A stretch of DNA of 64,000 nt from Alphaproteobacteria bacterium. GTDB taxonomy: Bacteria; Pseudomonadota; Alphaproteobacteria; GCA-2731375. This document shows, piece after piece, positions 20,738 through 32,078 of this stretch; within the stretch, counting starts at the first letter, position 1, and every line of letters begins with the position of its first letter. The position numbers and the translations under genes are program-made. Under the pieces are notes generated by a model. That model was not told where the DNA came from and ran no database searches. It worked only from the letters and a program-made list of their open reading frames with translations. Location: assembly GCA_965225945.1 (NCBI GenBank), contig CBDDBZ010000033.1, positions 192,001-256,000 on the forward strand, in the 5' to 3' direction.

Positions 20738-21256
20738 TCAGCGCCGGCGGCGGGGCTTGCGGAAGGCCTTGTGACAGGCGCCGCAGGCGGCACCCACCGC
20801 CTCGATCGCCGCATCGATCGCCGCCCGTTCCCGGCCCACCGTCGCCTCGGCGAGCTTGTTCGCCGCCGTCTCCAGGTCCTCGGTCATGGCGGCGAATCGG
20901 TCCCACTCCGTCCAAATCTCCGCCTTGGCGCGGGTCCGGGCCGAGGTGTCGTGCTGAAACAAATCGACGAGCAGGGCCGAGAGGGTGCGCACCGCCTGGC
21001 CATGCACCCGGCGGTCGTCGGCGACAAGCTCGATATCGCCCTTCTTCTCGGCCGCCAGCAGGCCCATGTGGATGCTCAGTGCCTGCATCGTGGAGGTGCG
21101 GAAGCGGAGGCCGAATTCGGCGACGCCGTCTGGGTGCCGATGGCCCGGATGCGCCCGGCCCGGGCTCGCCGCCAGAGCCGAGAGCGCGACGATCGCGGCG
21201 ACGAGGCTGAGAGCGAGAGGTTTCACCCCATCGCTGCCCGCCTCGGTCCGCCGCAT
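20738..21256 (-). CDS. Cytochrome c' / c556 (class II)
   Basis: Signal peptide, AKAEIWTEWDRF, C-terminal CGACHKAFR. Confidence 0.88.
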   Translation of the reverse strand: MRRTEAGSDGVKPLALSLVAAIVALSALAASPGRAHPGHRHPDGVAEFGLRFRTSTMQALSIHMGLLAAEKKGDIELVADDRRVHGQAVRTLSALLVDLFQHDTSARTRAKAEIWTEWDRFAAMTEDLETAANKLAEATVGRERAAIDAAIEAVGAACGACHKAFRKPRRRR

Positions 21257-21413
21257 CGTCGCCGCGGCGCGGCGCACAAAACTCGACCCTTGCTTGCCAG
21301 GGCATGGCCATAGGCCACGGACAATGGCTCGAAATTCGATCCGCGTCCTGGCCAACGCTTAAGAGCGGCGCCCGCCAGCGGCGGCCGGAATGGCCGCTTT
21401 ACCCCTTTTGGTC

Positions 21414-22475
21414 TTAGTTCTTCGCCACCCAAACATTCCAGCGCTCGGTCAACTCTTCCTGAAAATCGACCCAGAAGTCCATCGACTCCTTGCTGCCGCC
21501 GAACAGGCCGGTCTTCAGGTTGTCGCCGGCGGGCAGCTCCTTCAACTGCGCCGGAGCGATGAGCTTCGCCGCCGCCACCTTGGTCGGGCCATAGGCGTAG
21601 GCATTGGTGAAGTCGGCCTGACGGCCGGGATCCACGGCGAATTTGATGAACTTGTAGCCCATCTCGGTTTCCGGCGCGCCCTTGATAATGGCCCAGGAAT
21701 CGATCGCGAAGATCGTGTTGTCCCAGATCATCTTCAAATTCTTGCCTTCCTTCTGCGCATTGGTGATGCGCCCGTTGTAGGCGACGCTCAGCTCGACGTC
21801 GCCGGCAGCCAGCCACTCCGGTGCCTGGGCCCCGGCTTCCCACCACTGCACCAGTGGCTTGATCTGGTCGAGCTTGCGGAACGCCCTGTCGATGCCCGCG
21901 CGCTTGGCCAGCACCTTATAGACGTCCTTCGGCGCGACGCCGTCGGCCATCAGGGCCAGCTCGAGGTTGAGCTTGGGGCCTTTGCGCATGCCGCGTTTTC
22001 CCGGCCACGTCTTGGTGTCCCAGAAGTCGGTGAGCTTCACCGGTTCCTTCTTCACCTTATCGGCGTTGTAGGCGATGATCACGGACCAGACGAGCATGCC
22101 GACGCCGCACTCGCTGATCGCGTCCGGCAGGAGTTCCGACTTCGGCCCGATTTTCGACCAGTCGAGGCTCACGAAAACACCTTCCTCGCACCCCCGCATC
22201 AGCTCGGAGGTTTCGACCTGGACCACATCCCATTTGATTTTGCCGGTCTCCTGCATCGCCTGGAATTGGGCCCAACCGCCGAGATAAGTGTCTTCGAGAT
22301 AATTTATGCCCTCGGCTTTCTTGAACGGCTCGAAGTAATACTTGCGCTGAGCCTCCTGGTAGCTGCCACCCCAGCTGGCGATGGTGAAATCCCGAGCTTG
22401 CGCCGTGCCGGCTAGCATCGCGCAGACGGCAACAGCGCCAATTAGGCATTTGATGCCCCAAAACGAGTTCCGCAT
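21414..22475 (-). CDS. ABC transporter substrate-binding protein, polyamine/PotD-like
   Basis: Signal peptide; SWGGSYQEAQ, WDVVQVE and DFWD...PGKRG motifs. Confidence 0.9.
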   Translation of the reverse strand: MRNSFWGIKCLIGAVAVCAMLAGTAQARDFTIASWGGSYQEAQRKYYFEPFKKAEGINYLEDTYLGGWAQFQAMQETGKIKWDVVQVETSELMRGCEEGVFVSLDWSKIGPKSELLPDAISECGVGMLVWSVIIAYNADKVKKEPVKLTDFWDTKTWPGKRGMRKGPKLNLELALMADGVAPKDVYKVLAKRAGIDRAFRKLDQIKPLVQWWEAGAQAPEWLAAGDVELSVAYNGRITNAQKEGKNLKMIWDNTIFAIDSWAIIKGAPETEMGYKFIKFAVDPGRQADFTNAYAYGPTKVAAAKLIAPAQLKELPAGDNLKTGLFGGSKESMDFWVDFQEELTERWNVWVAKN

Positions 22476-22744
22476 GTTCCTCTCCCTCCCTGTAGTGCAG
22501 GCCATTTTCATAACGCCAGTTTCCGGTGCCGCCAATTTCCGGCGCCGCAATGCCACGCCGCGACGTCACTACGCCTTGACCGACATCGCTCCTCCTCGGT
22601 TCACAACTGTCCTCGCGCCTGATCCGAAGCCGACGAATTTCACATTCTCGTGCTTCGCGCCATCATACGCAACGCAAATGTTCTCTCCCCCGCGGGGCCG
22701 CGGGCCACACCGCTCGCCCTCGATCCGCCTCGCCTCGGAGAAGC

Positions 22745-23575
22745 CTATTTACTCGCCTTGGTCAGGAGGCGCTCACTGCGCCAGTGGAGCAGCTCGACGA
22801 CGACCAAGAGGGCGACGGAGACCGCGATGAGCAGGGTCGCGATGGCCACGATGGAGGGATCGAGCTGGTCCCGCAAGCCTGTGAAAAGTTGACGAGGGAG
22901 CGTGAGTTGCCCCGGACCGGTGACGAAGAGGGCGATCACGATCTCATCGAACGAGGTCACGAAGGCGAAGACGGCGCCGAACAGCACGCCTGGAAAAATC
23001 AGCGGAAGGGTGACCTGGAAGAAGGCCCTGAGTGGCGAGGCGCCGAGGCTCTCGGCCGCCCGGACCAGGTTCCGGTTGAAGCCCTGCAAGGTGGCGGTGA
23101 CCGTGATGACGACAAAGGGCACCGCTAAGACGACATGGGCGACGATGAGGCCGAGGTGCGTCTGCACGAGGCCGATCCAGGCGAAAAAGAAGTAAAGCCC
23201 CAAGGCGGTAATCACCAGCGGCACGGCCAACGGCGATATCACCAGCGCGAAGATCAGCGCCTTGCCGGGAAATCTCGCGCCCGACAGGCCGACGGCGGCA
23301 AGCGTGCCGAGGAAGGTGGCGATGATGGTCGTCGCCGTGGCCACGATCAGGCTGTTTTCCAGCGCGAACATCCAGGGGAAGGGGACGAGGATGGCCTCAT
23401 ACCACCGCGTCGAGAACCCGGGCAGCGGATAGCTCAGAAAGCTGCCCGAGCTGAGCGAGATCGGCACAATGACGACGATAGGACCCAGCAAGAAGACGAA
23501 GCCCAGCCCGCAAACGACGCGCAAGCCCACGTACCAGAGGCGTTGACCGCGCGTCGCGTTGACCGGCAGTGCCAT
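22745..23575 (-). CDS. ABC permease, PotC-like
   Basis: TM helices; RAAESLGA loop; SFDEIVIALF. Confidence 0.9.
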   Translation of the reverse strand: MALPVNATRGQRLWYVGLRVVCGLGFVFLLGPIVVIVPISLSSGSFLSYPLPGFSTRWYEAILVPFPWMFALENSLIVATATTIIATFLGTLAAVGLSGARFPGKALIFALVISPLAVPLVITALGLYFFFAWIGLVQTHLGLIVAHVVLAVPFVVITVTATLQGFNRNLVRAAESLGASPLRAFFQVTLPLIFPGVLFGAVFAFVTSFDEIVIALFVTGPGQLTLPRQLFTGLRDQLDPSIVAIATLLIAVSVALLVVVELLHWRSERLLTKASK

Positions 23576-23583
23576 AATTCGCC

Positions 23584-24843
23584 TCAGCTGACCCTTATGC
23601 CGCCGCGACCGACCAGGCCGCGATATATCGGATAGAGCACGGCGACGCTCAACAGCAGCAGAATGGCGATTGCGCTCGACATGCCCCAATTGCCGGTCTT
23701 GGTGGCAAACTCGGCGATCAGGTAGCTCAGCATCTGATCCCGGGCGCCGCCGATCAGCGCTGGCGTGATGTAGAAGCCCAGCGACAAGACGTAGACGAGG
23801 AGGCAGCCGGCACCAAGTCCCGGCAGGGTTTGCGGCAGGTAGACGGCGAGGAACGCCGCCGTCGGTCGCGCCCCTAGCGAGGCCGCCGCTCGCATGTGGC
23901 TGGTGGGAATATTCCTCATCACGGCGTAGAGCGGCAGCACCAGGAACGGCAGCAGGATGTGCACCATGGCGATATAGACGCCGATCCGATTGAAGATCAG
24001 CGCCACCGGCTCGCCGGTCAGCCCGAGGGTGAGCAGGATGGTGTTCACCACGCCTTCGGCCTGCAACAGAACGACCCAGGCGGCGGTGCGCACCAGCAGC
24101 GAGGTCCAGAACGGCAGCAAGACGAGTATCAGCAGGAACCTGGAAAGGCGCTTGGGGGAGGTCGCCATCAGGTACGCCATTGGGTAGCCGATGGCGATGC
24201 AATAGGCCATCACCCAAAAACTGATCCAGAAGGTGCGCATGAGATAGCTGATATAAAGCGTTCGTTCCGGCGGCGCCCAGCCTACGCTGCCGTCCCACCG
24301 CCGCTCGAGGTCGAGCGTCGCCAGCAGATACCGCGTGGTGAAGGGGCCGCTGGAGGCCTTTATGGCGCGCCAGTAGGCGACATCGCCCCAGCGCTCCTCC
24401 ATGGCGATGAGGGCTTCCTTGAAGCGCGGTCCCTCGAGTCGGCGGGCGCGCCGCGCCGAGCGCATGAGCATGCTGCGAAAGCCGCTGATCTCATAGTTCA
24501 GGCGCATGCCGATCAGCGCCGCCGTCTTGGCCTCGTAGGCCTCGGCCAAGTCGGCGGCCAGCGCGGCAAAGACCCTCTCGTCGGGCACGGCCGCGCCATC
24601 CCACGAGGCAACGGCCTGGGCCGTCCGCGGCAGTATCCGCGGCAGCTTCGGGTCGTCGACGCTGTAGAACAGGAGCGAGACGATCGGCAGAACAAAGGTG
24701 ATCACAATGAAGGCGAAAAGGGGTGCAACTAGGCCGAAGGCCTTGAGCTTACGCCGCCGGTCGGCCTTTCGCAGCTTGCCTTCGAGGCTCTCGCCGCCGC
24801 GCATCCCGGCCAGGGGATCGGCCTCGGTGACCGCCGTGATCAT
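23584..24843 (-). CDS. ABC permease, PotB-like
   Basis: LLPFWTSLLVR, RAAASLGA and LGFYITPALIGG. Confidence 0.9.
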   Translation of the reverse strand: MITAVTEADPLAGMRGGESLEGKLRKADRRRKLKAFGLVAPLFAFIVITFVLPIVSLLFYSVDDPKLPRILPRTAQAVASWDGAAVPDERVFAALAADLAEAYEAKTAALIGMRLNYEISGFRSMLMRSARRARRLEGPRFKEALIAMEERWGDVAYWRAIKASSGPFTTRYLLATLDLERRWDGSVGWAPPERTLYISYLMRTFWISFWVMAYCIAIGYPMAYLMATSPKRLSRFLLILVLLPFWTSLLVRTAAWVVLLQAEGVVNTILLTLGLTGEPVALIFNRIGVYIAMVHILLPFLVLPLYAVMRNIPTSHMRAAASLGARPTAAFLAVYLPQTLPGLGAGCLLVYVLSLGFYITPALIGGARDQMLSYLIAEFATKTGNWGMSSAIAILLLLSVAVLYPIYRGLVGRGGIRVS

Positions 24844-25934
24844 GTCGGATCGAGCGCTCGGCAATGCTCGGACGCCCAGCCGACTTCCACCGCCTCCCCG
24901 GGTTGCAGGTCGCGACTCGACGGGCTGATCTCCACCTTGGCGGTGAAATCGTCCGTGTCGGCCAAGGCGATGCGCACCCGCCGGTGATCGCCGAAATAAA
25001 TGACCTCCACGACTTCGCCGGTGAGACGGTTCGCGTGGTCGACGCCGCCGGGATCGATCGCCAAGCGCTCCGGGCGCACCGACAGCGTCGTGCGACCACC
25101 GACCTCCGTGGCCCGAATGGCGCGCGCCATGACGCGTGCGCCCGAGGCCAATTGGACGGTGCAAAATTCGCCGTCGAGGCTTTCGATGGTGCCCTGCAGG
25201 TTGTTGTTCTCGCCGATGAAGTTCGCCACGAACGAGTTGGCGGGGTTCTCGTAAATCTCATGGGGAGTGCCGATCTGCTGGATGACCCCATTGTTCAGGA
25301 CGGCCACCCGGTCCGACATCGTCAGGGCTTCGCTCTGGTCATGGGTCACGTAAACCACGGTCATGCCCAAGGCCTGATGCAAATGCTTGATCTCGAGCTG
25401 CATCTGCTCGCGGAGCTTCTTGTCGAGCGCACCCAGCGGTTCGTCCATCAGCACGAGCTCCGGCTCGAACACGAGTGCGCGGGCCAAGGCCACGCGTTGT
25501 TGCTGGCCGCCCGAGAGCTGGGAGGGACGGCGATCCTCCAAGCCCTCGAGCTCGACCATCTGCAATATCGACAACGCCTTCTCGCGGACCGTCGCTTTCG
25601 ACAGGCGACGTTGCAACAGCGGAAAGGAGACATTCTGAATGACGGTCTTGTGGGGGAACAGGGCATAATCCTGAAATACGATGCCCATGTTCCGCCTGAA
25701 GGGCGGGACGGTCCTCAACGATCGGTCATGGAGCGTGATGTCGCCGGCGGTCGTGGCCTCGAATCCCGCCAGCATCAACAGCGTCGTGGTCTTGCCCGAA
25801 CCGGAGGGGCCGAGAAGGGTGAGAAATTCACCCTGTTGAATGTCGAGGTTCAAACGCTCTACGACGTTGACCTTCCCGTCGTAGGTCTTTTCGACACCTT
25901 CGAACCTGACAATAGGTACGCCATCCGCCGCCAC
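24840..25934 (-). CDS. ABC ATP-binding protein, PotA-like with TOBE domain
   Basis: [16 protein letters not shown] and [10 protein letters not shown]. Confidence 0.93.
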   Translation of the reverse strand: MAADGVPIVRFEGVEKTYDGKVNVVERLNLDIQQGEFLTLLGPSGSGKTTTLLMLAGFEATTAGDITLHDRSLRTVPPFRRNMGIVFQDYALFPHKTVIQNVSFPLLQRRLSKATVREKALSILQMVELEGLEDRRPSQLSGGQQQRVALARALVFEPELVLMDEPLGALDKKLREQMQLEIKHLHQALGMTVVYVTHDQSEALTMSDRVAVLNNGVIQQIGTPHEIYENPANSFVANFIGENNNLQGTIESLDGEFCTVQLASGARVMARAIRATEVGGRTTLSVRPERLAIDPGGVDHANRLTGEVVEVIYFGDHRRVRIALADTDDFTAKVEISPSSRDLQPGEAVEVGWASEHCRALDPT

Positions 25935-26169
25935 CGGTCCACACGCCCTCCGCCGAGGCTATCCCCGCTCAACGCCGATAATGCAACAGCCCTCGTTGCT
26001 CGCAGCCCGCGCATCGTCGCATGGCCACGCTTGCGCCCGCAAGACCGACTCGTGCTGGGTCACGAAGAGACCTTTAGATATGCCTAATGTAGCGGTAAGC
26101 TGTATGGGCAAAGCCGGCGAATCCGGTGTGACGACGGAATTTCACTTCGGATAGCCGATTTCGCGGGGG

Positions 26170-27633
26170 TCATTGCTTGGCATCGTAGAGCTCGCTTTTC
26201 GCCCCCATATAGTCGGCCCAGGCGAACCAATAGGCGACATGGCCGGGCGCGCGCGCCCGGCGCTCGCCGTTCGGGCCTCGCAGGAACGCCTCCTCGATCC
26301 GCCAGACGCCGCCGGGCCCCCTCAATCGGTCGGGCGAGTCGGCCTTGGCGAAGCTGGCCTCGCCCCGGTAATAGGCCCGCGCGCTGCGCGTGGCGTCGTC
26401 GCCGATCAGGACCACCGGCTTGTCGCCGACCCGATCGTTGATCACGGCACCGCCCGCGAAGACGTCGAGCGGCCAGGCCTTGGCAGCGCCGAACTCGCGC
26501 ATACCGAAGACGTAGTCCTTGCGCTTCAGCCGGCTCTCGTCCTGGACCACGACCGGGAACATCAGATTGGGGCTGGCGAAATAGTCGCGATAGACGACGC
26601 CCGAGCCATAGTCGCGCGCGTGGCCCGTATCGAGCGAGAGCACCGTGGTCTTCGGGTGCCGCGCCCGCCAGTCGGCCCACGAGGTGATCAGCACCGGCCG
26701 CATCTTCAATCTGATGCCGCTTCCCCTCAGCGGGCCGTTCACCGGCTCGCCCGTGAACTGGTTCCACAGACTGAACGTGGTGCGGTCGAACATCAGCTTG
26801 TTCGAGCGATAGAGAAAGCCCGAGGAGCCGAAGACGAAGGCGGGCGAGCGGCCCTCGAGCGTGGTCTCGAAAAGGATTCCGGCGCCGCAGAGCGTGCAAT
26901 AGGCGAGCGCTACCGGCACCCCGCCGACGACGTCGTTGAACATCTCGTGCCAGCCCATGATGCGGAGCGGATAGGCGCGCACGTCGCCGTTGATCGCCAC
27001 CCCGAACACGAGATCCTCGTCCAGCAGATAGTCGGCCTCGGCGGCCGCAATCATCGCCGGGCCGTCGAGCGAGGGAATGCCGTCGAAGCGGACGCCGCCC
27101 CAGGCGATCTCCTCCAGCCGGATCTCCATCTTGTCCCGGTCCGAACGATCGCCGCCCAGGAGCACGCGGAAGGCGCGGTCGATGCGATCGAACATGACGA
27201 GCTTCAGCTCGCGGTAGCTGGCGTGCGGGCGAACCTCCGGATGGGCCTGTTGCCAGAGCATCGCCTGGTTCCAGCCGTCGATCTCCTCGCCGGTCACCGC
27301 CTTCAGCAGCCTGAGGAAGTCGCCTCGCATATCCTCGCGAAACCGCAAGCCCAGGATGGTGGTGGCGACGATGTCGGGATTGCCGCGCCGGATCAGCGAG
27401 TCCACCGCCAGCCTCGCCTCCGTGGGCGGGCCGAGGACCAGCGCCCGGCTCGCCGCCGTGACCGGATCGCCCTCGGCCTCGCGCGGCCGATCGAGGGCGA
27501 CCTGCGCCACCGCCGCGATTGGCATGAGCAGCGCCACGAGGACCATGACCAGGATGTTGCGCAACGGAGACCCCTTTCCTTCCGGCCCGAGGGACGGGTC
27601 GCGTCGACCAGAGATGGGCGCCAATTCGCTCAT
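26170..27633 (-). CDS. DUF3179-domain protein
   Basis: WGGV..DGIPSLD, RAYP..IM.WHE..ND, YCTLCG, SG.LYRSNKLMFDR and YWFAW. Confidence 0.82.
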   Translation of the reverse strand: MSELAPISGRRDPSLGPEGKGSPLRNILVMVLVALLMPIAAVAQVALDRPREAEGDPVTAASRALVLGPPTEARLAVDSLIRRGNPDIVATTILGLRFREDMRGDFLRLLKAVTGEEIDGWNQAMLWQQAHPEVRPHASYRELKLVMFDRIDRAFRVLLGGDRSDRDKMEIRLEEIAWGGVRFDGIPSLDGPAMIAAAEADYLLDEDLVFGVAINGDVRAYPLRIMGWHEMFNDVVGGVPVALAYCTLCGAGILFETTLEGRSPAFVFGSSGFLYRSNKLMFDRTTFSLWNQFTGEPVNGPLRGSGIRLKMRPVLITSWADWRARHPKTTVLSLDTGHARDYGSGVVYRDYFASPNLMFPVVVQDESRLKRKDYVFGMREFGAAKAWPLDVFAGGAVINDRVGDKPVVLIGDDATRSARAYYRGEASFAKADSPDRLRGPGGVWRIEEAFLRGPNGERRARAPGHVAYWFAWADYMGAKSELYDAKQ

Positions 27634-27686
27634 TACGAGGTTCGCTCCCCCGGACGTGAACGAGGTTGATCGGCGAGATCGAAGGT

Positions 27687-28796
27687 CTAGGTCAGGGTCG
27701 CGACCGACTTGGCCTCGATCAGCTCAAAATCGATCTCGTAGCCGAGGCCGGGGCCGTCCGGCGCGTGCACCAGGCCGTCGCCGTCGACCACGATGTCGCC
27801 CGCCAGGCCGTATTTCTGCGCCTCGTCGGGCAACAGCACCTCGAAGAACTCGCAGTTCCGGATCGCCATCATCACGTGCAGGTTGGCGACGTTGTTCAAG
27901 GAGTTGCCGCCGTGGTGGACCTCGTAGTTCATGTGGAAGGCCTCGGCCAGGTGCGCGGCCTTGAGGATCGCGGTGATCCCGCCCTTCACCGCGACGTCGC
28001 CGCGTAGGTAGTCGGTCGCCTGGAGCGTCAGCCACGGCGCGTAGGCGGTCAGGCCGCCGGGGGTGTATTCGGTCGCCAGAATCGGGATGTCCAAGCGCTG
28101 CTTCAGCTTGACGTAGTTGGTGATGTCGTCGTCCGCCAGCGGGTCCTCGTACCAGTAGAACCCGAGCTCCTGGATCGCCAAGCCGACGCGGAGCGCCTCG
28201 TCGTAGCGATAGGACCAGGTCGGATCCAGCATCACGGTGTAATCGTCGCCGACCGCCTCGCGGACCGCGCGGCAGACCTCGATGTCCTCGCGCCACCGGG
28301 TCGGCGGGTGGACCTTGTAGGCGGCCCAGCCGTTGGCCTTGAACCCGGCCGCCTCCTCGGCGTAGGCGGCCGGGTCCGCCATCACGGCGGAAGAGGCGTA
28401 GGCCGGAATCGAGGTCCGGTAGCCGCCGATCAACTGGTGGACCGGCAGGCCGGCGGCCTTGCCCGCGAGATCCCACAGCGCCACGTCCACCGCGCCGACA
28501 GAGCGATAGGTCGTGTTACGGGTCTGGCCGATGCAGGCACGATGGATCTTCTCGCGATTCAGCGGGTTTTCGCCCATCAGGCGCGGCTTCAGATAGTGCA
28601 TCAGCGAGGCGGCATCGAACTCGGCGCTGCGCGAGGCGGAGCCGAGGAAGGCATGGCCCTCGACGCCCTCGTCGGTGGCGATCCTCAGCAGCCCGAGCTG
28701 GCTCTTGCCCTCGAACCGGCCGGTGTGCCGGCCGTAGGTGGTGGCGGGAATGTCGTCCCAGGCGAAGAGAGTGAGCGTGACGTCGGTGATCTTCAT
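27687..28796 (-). CDS. Mandelate racemase/muconate lactonizing (enolase superfamily) enzyme
   Basis: AVDVALWDLAGK...PV..L.GG, WYEDP and PDGPGLG. Confidence 0.9.
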   Translation of the reverse strand: MKITDVTLTLFAWDDIPATTYGRHTGRFEGKSQLGLLRIATDEGVEGHAFLGSASRSAEFDAASLMHYLKPRLMGENPLNREKIHRACIGQTRNTTYRSVGAVDVALWDLAGKAAGLPVHQLIGGYRTSIPAYASSAVMADPAAYAEEAAGFKANGWAAYKVHPPTRWREDIEVCRAVREAVGDDYTVMLDPTWSYRYDEALRVGLAIQELGFYWYEDPLADDDITNYVKLKQRLDIPILATEYTPGGLTAYAPWLTLQATDYLRGDVAVKGGITAILKAAHLAEAFHMNYEVHHGGNSLNNVANLHVMMAIRNCEFFEVLLPDEAQKYGLAGDIVVDGDGLVHAPDGPGLGYEIDFELIEAKSVATLT

Positions 28797-29076
28797 GGCT
28801 CGGCGGCTCCCGCTATCGCTGGTCAGGGGTCCGGTCTGGGGCGGTTCCGTCCAGATCGGGAAACTGTCATGTTCCGACGAGATTGTCGTCGGAATCGGGC
28901 GGGAAGCAACCGCGGCTGTCGAGGCGCGCGTCGAACGCCGGCGCCTTCTCGACGCGGACGCCGCGCCCGCTCCCCGCTCGAGGCTACCCTCCCGCGAATG
29001 ACGCATTCCGTCGAGTCGAGCGAGGCTTTAAGCTCGCTCGTCGGAGCGTCGAGGGTCGTGGAGGGAGAGGATTTCG

Positions 29077-31461
29077 ATGGAACAGCCGAAAGGCATCGGC
29101 GCCAGGGTGCCGCGGGTCGAGGACGACCGCTTCCTGCGCGGGCATGGCCGCTTCACCGACGATCTCGTGGCCGACGGCCAAGCGCTTGCCGTCTTCCTCC
29201 GATCAAGCCACGCGCACGCTCGAATCCTGGGCATCGAGGCCGAGGCGGCGCGGGCCGCGCCGGGCGTGCGGTTGGTGCTGACGGCGGCCGACATCCTCCA
29301 AGACATCCCAAATCCGATTCCCTCGCTCTCGAATGCGCCCCCCTTCGACATCGCGCGGCGCCCGGACGGGCCGGCGGCGGAGGCCGATCAATATCCCCTG
29401 GCCCAGGGCGAGGTGCGCTACGTCGGAGAGCCCCTCGCCTGTGTCGTCGCCGACACTCTCAGCCAGGCCCGTGACGCGGCGGAGCTGATCGAGGTCGACT
29501 ATGCGCCGCTTCCGGTGGTGCTCGATATGGCGGACGCCCTCGCCGAGGGCGCGCCCCGGGTCTGGCACGAGAAGCCCGACAACCTCTCCTTCGCCTGGGA
29601 GCGCGGCGACGCCGAGGCCACCGACGCGGCCTTCGCCCGGGCGGCCCACGTCGCGCGGGTCGAACTGGTGAACAACCGTGTCGCCATCAGCTTCATGGAG
29701 CCGCGTGCCGCACTGGCCGAATACGACGCGGGCGAGGACCGGCTGACGCTTCGGGCCGGCTGCCAGTCGGCGCATGGGATGCAGGCCGGGCTCGCCGGGA
29801 TGCTCGGACTGGAGGTGGACCGGCTCCGCGTCGTCGTGCCGGATACCGGCGGCGGTTTCGGCGCGCGCGGCGGAGTTTACCCGGAATTCCCGGTATTGCT
29901 GGTGGCGGCGCGCCGCCTGCGGCGCCCGGTGAAATGGTGCGCCGAGCGGGCAGAGAGCTTCCTCGCCGACAACCAGTCGCGCGACCATGTGCTCAGGGGC
30001 GAGCTGGCGCTGGACGCCGAGGGCGGGTTCACGGCGCTCCGCGTCGCCATCGAGTGGCGCCACGGCGCCTATCTCACCAGCCGCAATATCTGGGTCATGG
30101 TCGCCTATCTGCCGCCGACACTGGGCGGGCCCTATCGCATTCCGCTCGGCCACGTCGCGCTGCGCGGCGTCTTCTCGAACACCGTGCCGCTCGGCGCCTA
30201 TCGCGGTATCGGCCGCCTCGAGAGCAATTACCTGATGGAAAGCTTGGTGGACGCGGCGGCTCGCGTCTCGGGCATCGATCGGATCGAGCTGCGCCGACGC
30301 AACCTGGTGGCCCAAGGGGAGATGCCGTGGGAAACCCCCGGGGGTGCGGTCTACGAGTTGGGCGAATTCGCGACCAACCTCGAACAGGCGCTCGAGCTCT
30401 CGGATTGGGATGGCGTCGCCCGGCGGCGGGAGGCGGCCGAGGCGCGGGGCCTCCTCAAGGGCATCGGCCTGGCCATGTATGTCGAGAACGACGGCGGCGT
30501 GCCGAGCGAATATGCGGAGATCGTCGCCGGCGCGGACGGCACGGTCACCGCCCATGTCGGCACCCAGGACTTCGGCATGGGCCACGCCACCATGTACGGC
30601 CAAATCCTCTCGAGCGAACTCGGCATCGAATTTGAACGCATCCGGGTCGTCTTCGGCGACACCGACAGGATCGCGCGCGGCGCCGGCTCGCACGGCTCCC
30701 GCTCGGCCCGAATCGGTGGCGCCGCCGCCGTCGGCGGCGCCCAGAAACTGGTCGAACTCGGCCGCGAGCTCGCCTCGGAAATGCTGGAGGCCTCGGCGGG
30801 CGACATCGAGTACCGCCGAGGTCGCTTCGTCGTCGCCGGAACCGATCGCGCGGTCGGGCTGGCGGCCCTCGCCGGCTTCGCCGAGGCGCGGGGCGGGCGG
30901 CTCGCGGGCGAGACCGATTTCACCACCGAACGTCAGACCCATGCCAACGGTTGCCACGTCTGCGAGGTCAGCATCGACCCCGAGGACGGCCGCGTGACGA
31001 TCGACCGCTATGGCGTGGTGGCCGACGTCGGCCGGGCGATCAACCCGATGATCGTCGACGGCCAAATCCACGGCGGCGCCGCGCAGGGAATCGGCCAAGC
31101 GCTGATGGAGGAGGTGATCCACGATCCCGCCAGCGGTCAGGTCCTGAGCGGCAGCTACATGGATTACACGCTACCTCGCGCCGATGATCTGGCGAACTTC
31201 GCCGTGGCGCTGAACGAACAGGTGGAAACCGACAACCCGCTCGGCGTCAAGGGCGCGGGCGAATCCGCCACCACGGGCGCACCCGGCGCCTTGATGAACG
31301 CGATCCGCGATGCGCTGGGCCCGGCGGCCGGCCACCTCGACATGCCGGCCACCCCCGAGCGCGTTCGCGCGCGCTGCGGCGGGGCAGGGACCGTCGGGAT
31401 GAAAAGGATTAGCGCGTTTGCCGGCCCTTCGAGGCGGCAGCACGTCTTCGCGAGCCGGTGA
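29077..31461 (+). CDS. Xanthine dehydrogenase/CoxL-like Mo-binding subunit (C-terminus possibly frameshifted)
   Basis: RVEDDRFLRG.G, GGGFG, AYRGIG, GQIHGG..QGIG and NPLGVKGAGE. Confidence 0.9.
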   Translation: MEQPKGIGARVPRVEDDRFLRGHGRFTDDLVADGQALAVFLRSSHAHARILGIEAEAARAAPGVRLVLTAADILQDIPNPIPSLSNAPPFDIARRPDGPAAEADQYPLAQGEVRYVGEPLACVVADTLSQARDAAELIEVDYAPLPVVLDMADALAEGAPRVWHEKPDNLSFAWERGDAEATDAAFARAAHVARVELVNNRVAISFMEPRAALAEYDAGEDRLTLRAGCQSAHGMQAGLAGMLGLEVDRLRVVVPDTGGGFGARGGVYPEFPVLLVAARRLRRPVKWCAERAESFLADNQSRDHVLRGELALDAEGGFTALRVAIEWRHGAYLTSRNIWVMVAYLPPTLGGPYRIPLGHVALRGVFSNTVPLGAYRGIGRLESNYLMESLVDAAARVSGIDRIELRRRNLVAQGEMPWETPGGAVYELGEFATNLEQALELSDWDGVARRREAAEARGLLKGIGLAMYVENDGGVPSEYAEIVAGADGTVTAHVGTQDFGMGHATMYGQILSSELGIEFERIRVVFGDTDRIARGAGSHGSRSARIGGAAAVGGAQKLVELGRELASEMLEASAGDIEYRRGRFVVAGTDRAVGLAALAGFAEARGGRLAGETDFTTERQTHANGCHVCEVSIDPEDGRVTIDRYGVVADVGRAINPMIVDGQIHGGAAQGIGQALMEEVIHDPASGQVLSGSYMDYTLPRADDLANFAVALNEQVETDNPLGVKGAGESATTGAPGALMNAIRDALGPAAGHLDMPATPERVRARCGGAGTVGMKRISAFAGPSRRQHVFASR

Positions 31462-31594
31462 CGTGGATCACTGGTCGAGGTCGACGATATGCCCCATATG
31501 GGAGAGACGGCACGAAACCCCTGCCGGTCGGGCGAGATCGACGCTACCGAGATCGTTAACGGCTTGGCAAAGATGTCGGTGCAGGATGATCGCC

Positions 31595-31795
31595 ATGTCG
31601 TTCACATATGTCATAGAGGAGCCCTCCCCGTTGGCCCCCGCCACCGACTGGCACCGTTTCCTGCGCTTCGTCAGGCACCTGCCTCAGGATGACGACGGCG
31701 TCGCCCTGGCGCGCGACATGGCGGAGCGCCACATCGCCGAACTGGCGAGCCGCACAGGCATGGAAGGCGAGGCCAGCGGCGCCATCGGCGCGTGA
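31595..31795 (+). CDS. Small hypothetical protein
   Basis: 66-aa ORF MSFTYVIEEPSP... after GCAGGA. Confidence 0.45.
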   Translation: MSFTYVIEEPSPLAPATDWHRFLRFVRHLPQDDDGVALARDMAERHIAELASRTGMEGEASGAIGA

Positions 31796-32078
31796 ACGCG
31801 GCCGAGATCACGGGCGACGGCGGCCCCGCGCGCCTGCCCCAGAGGCCGATTTGCCGCCATCAAACGCTTTCCTATGCTCGGATCATGCTCTAGGTTGGCG
31901 GGCGGGAGTGCGACTTGGTCGAGCGCCTGTCCGCCCGGCCCGGCGTCGCCTTTCCGATCGCGGGCTTCGGCGCCAGCGATTGCCGGCGCTGTCCGGCGCA
32001 TCTGTTGCGTCTTCCCTCCGGCTGGACGCTCGCGTGGATGCTCGCCGGGCTCGAGCGATCCGCCACGAACTCGCCGCC

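Noticed and set aside
29077-31461. Genuine form I CO dehydrogenase
   Set aside because: The active-site loop is AYRGIG rather than AYXCSFR, and no coxM/coxS is adjacent.
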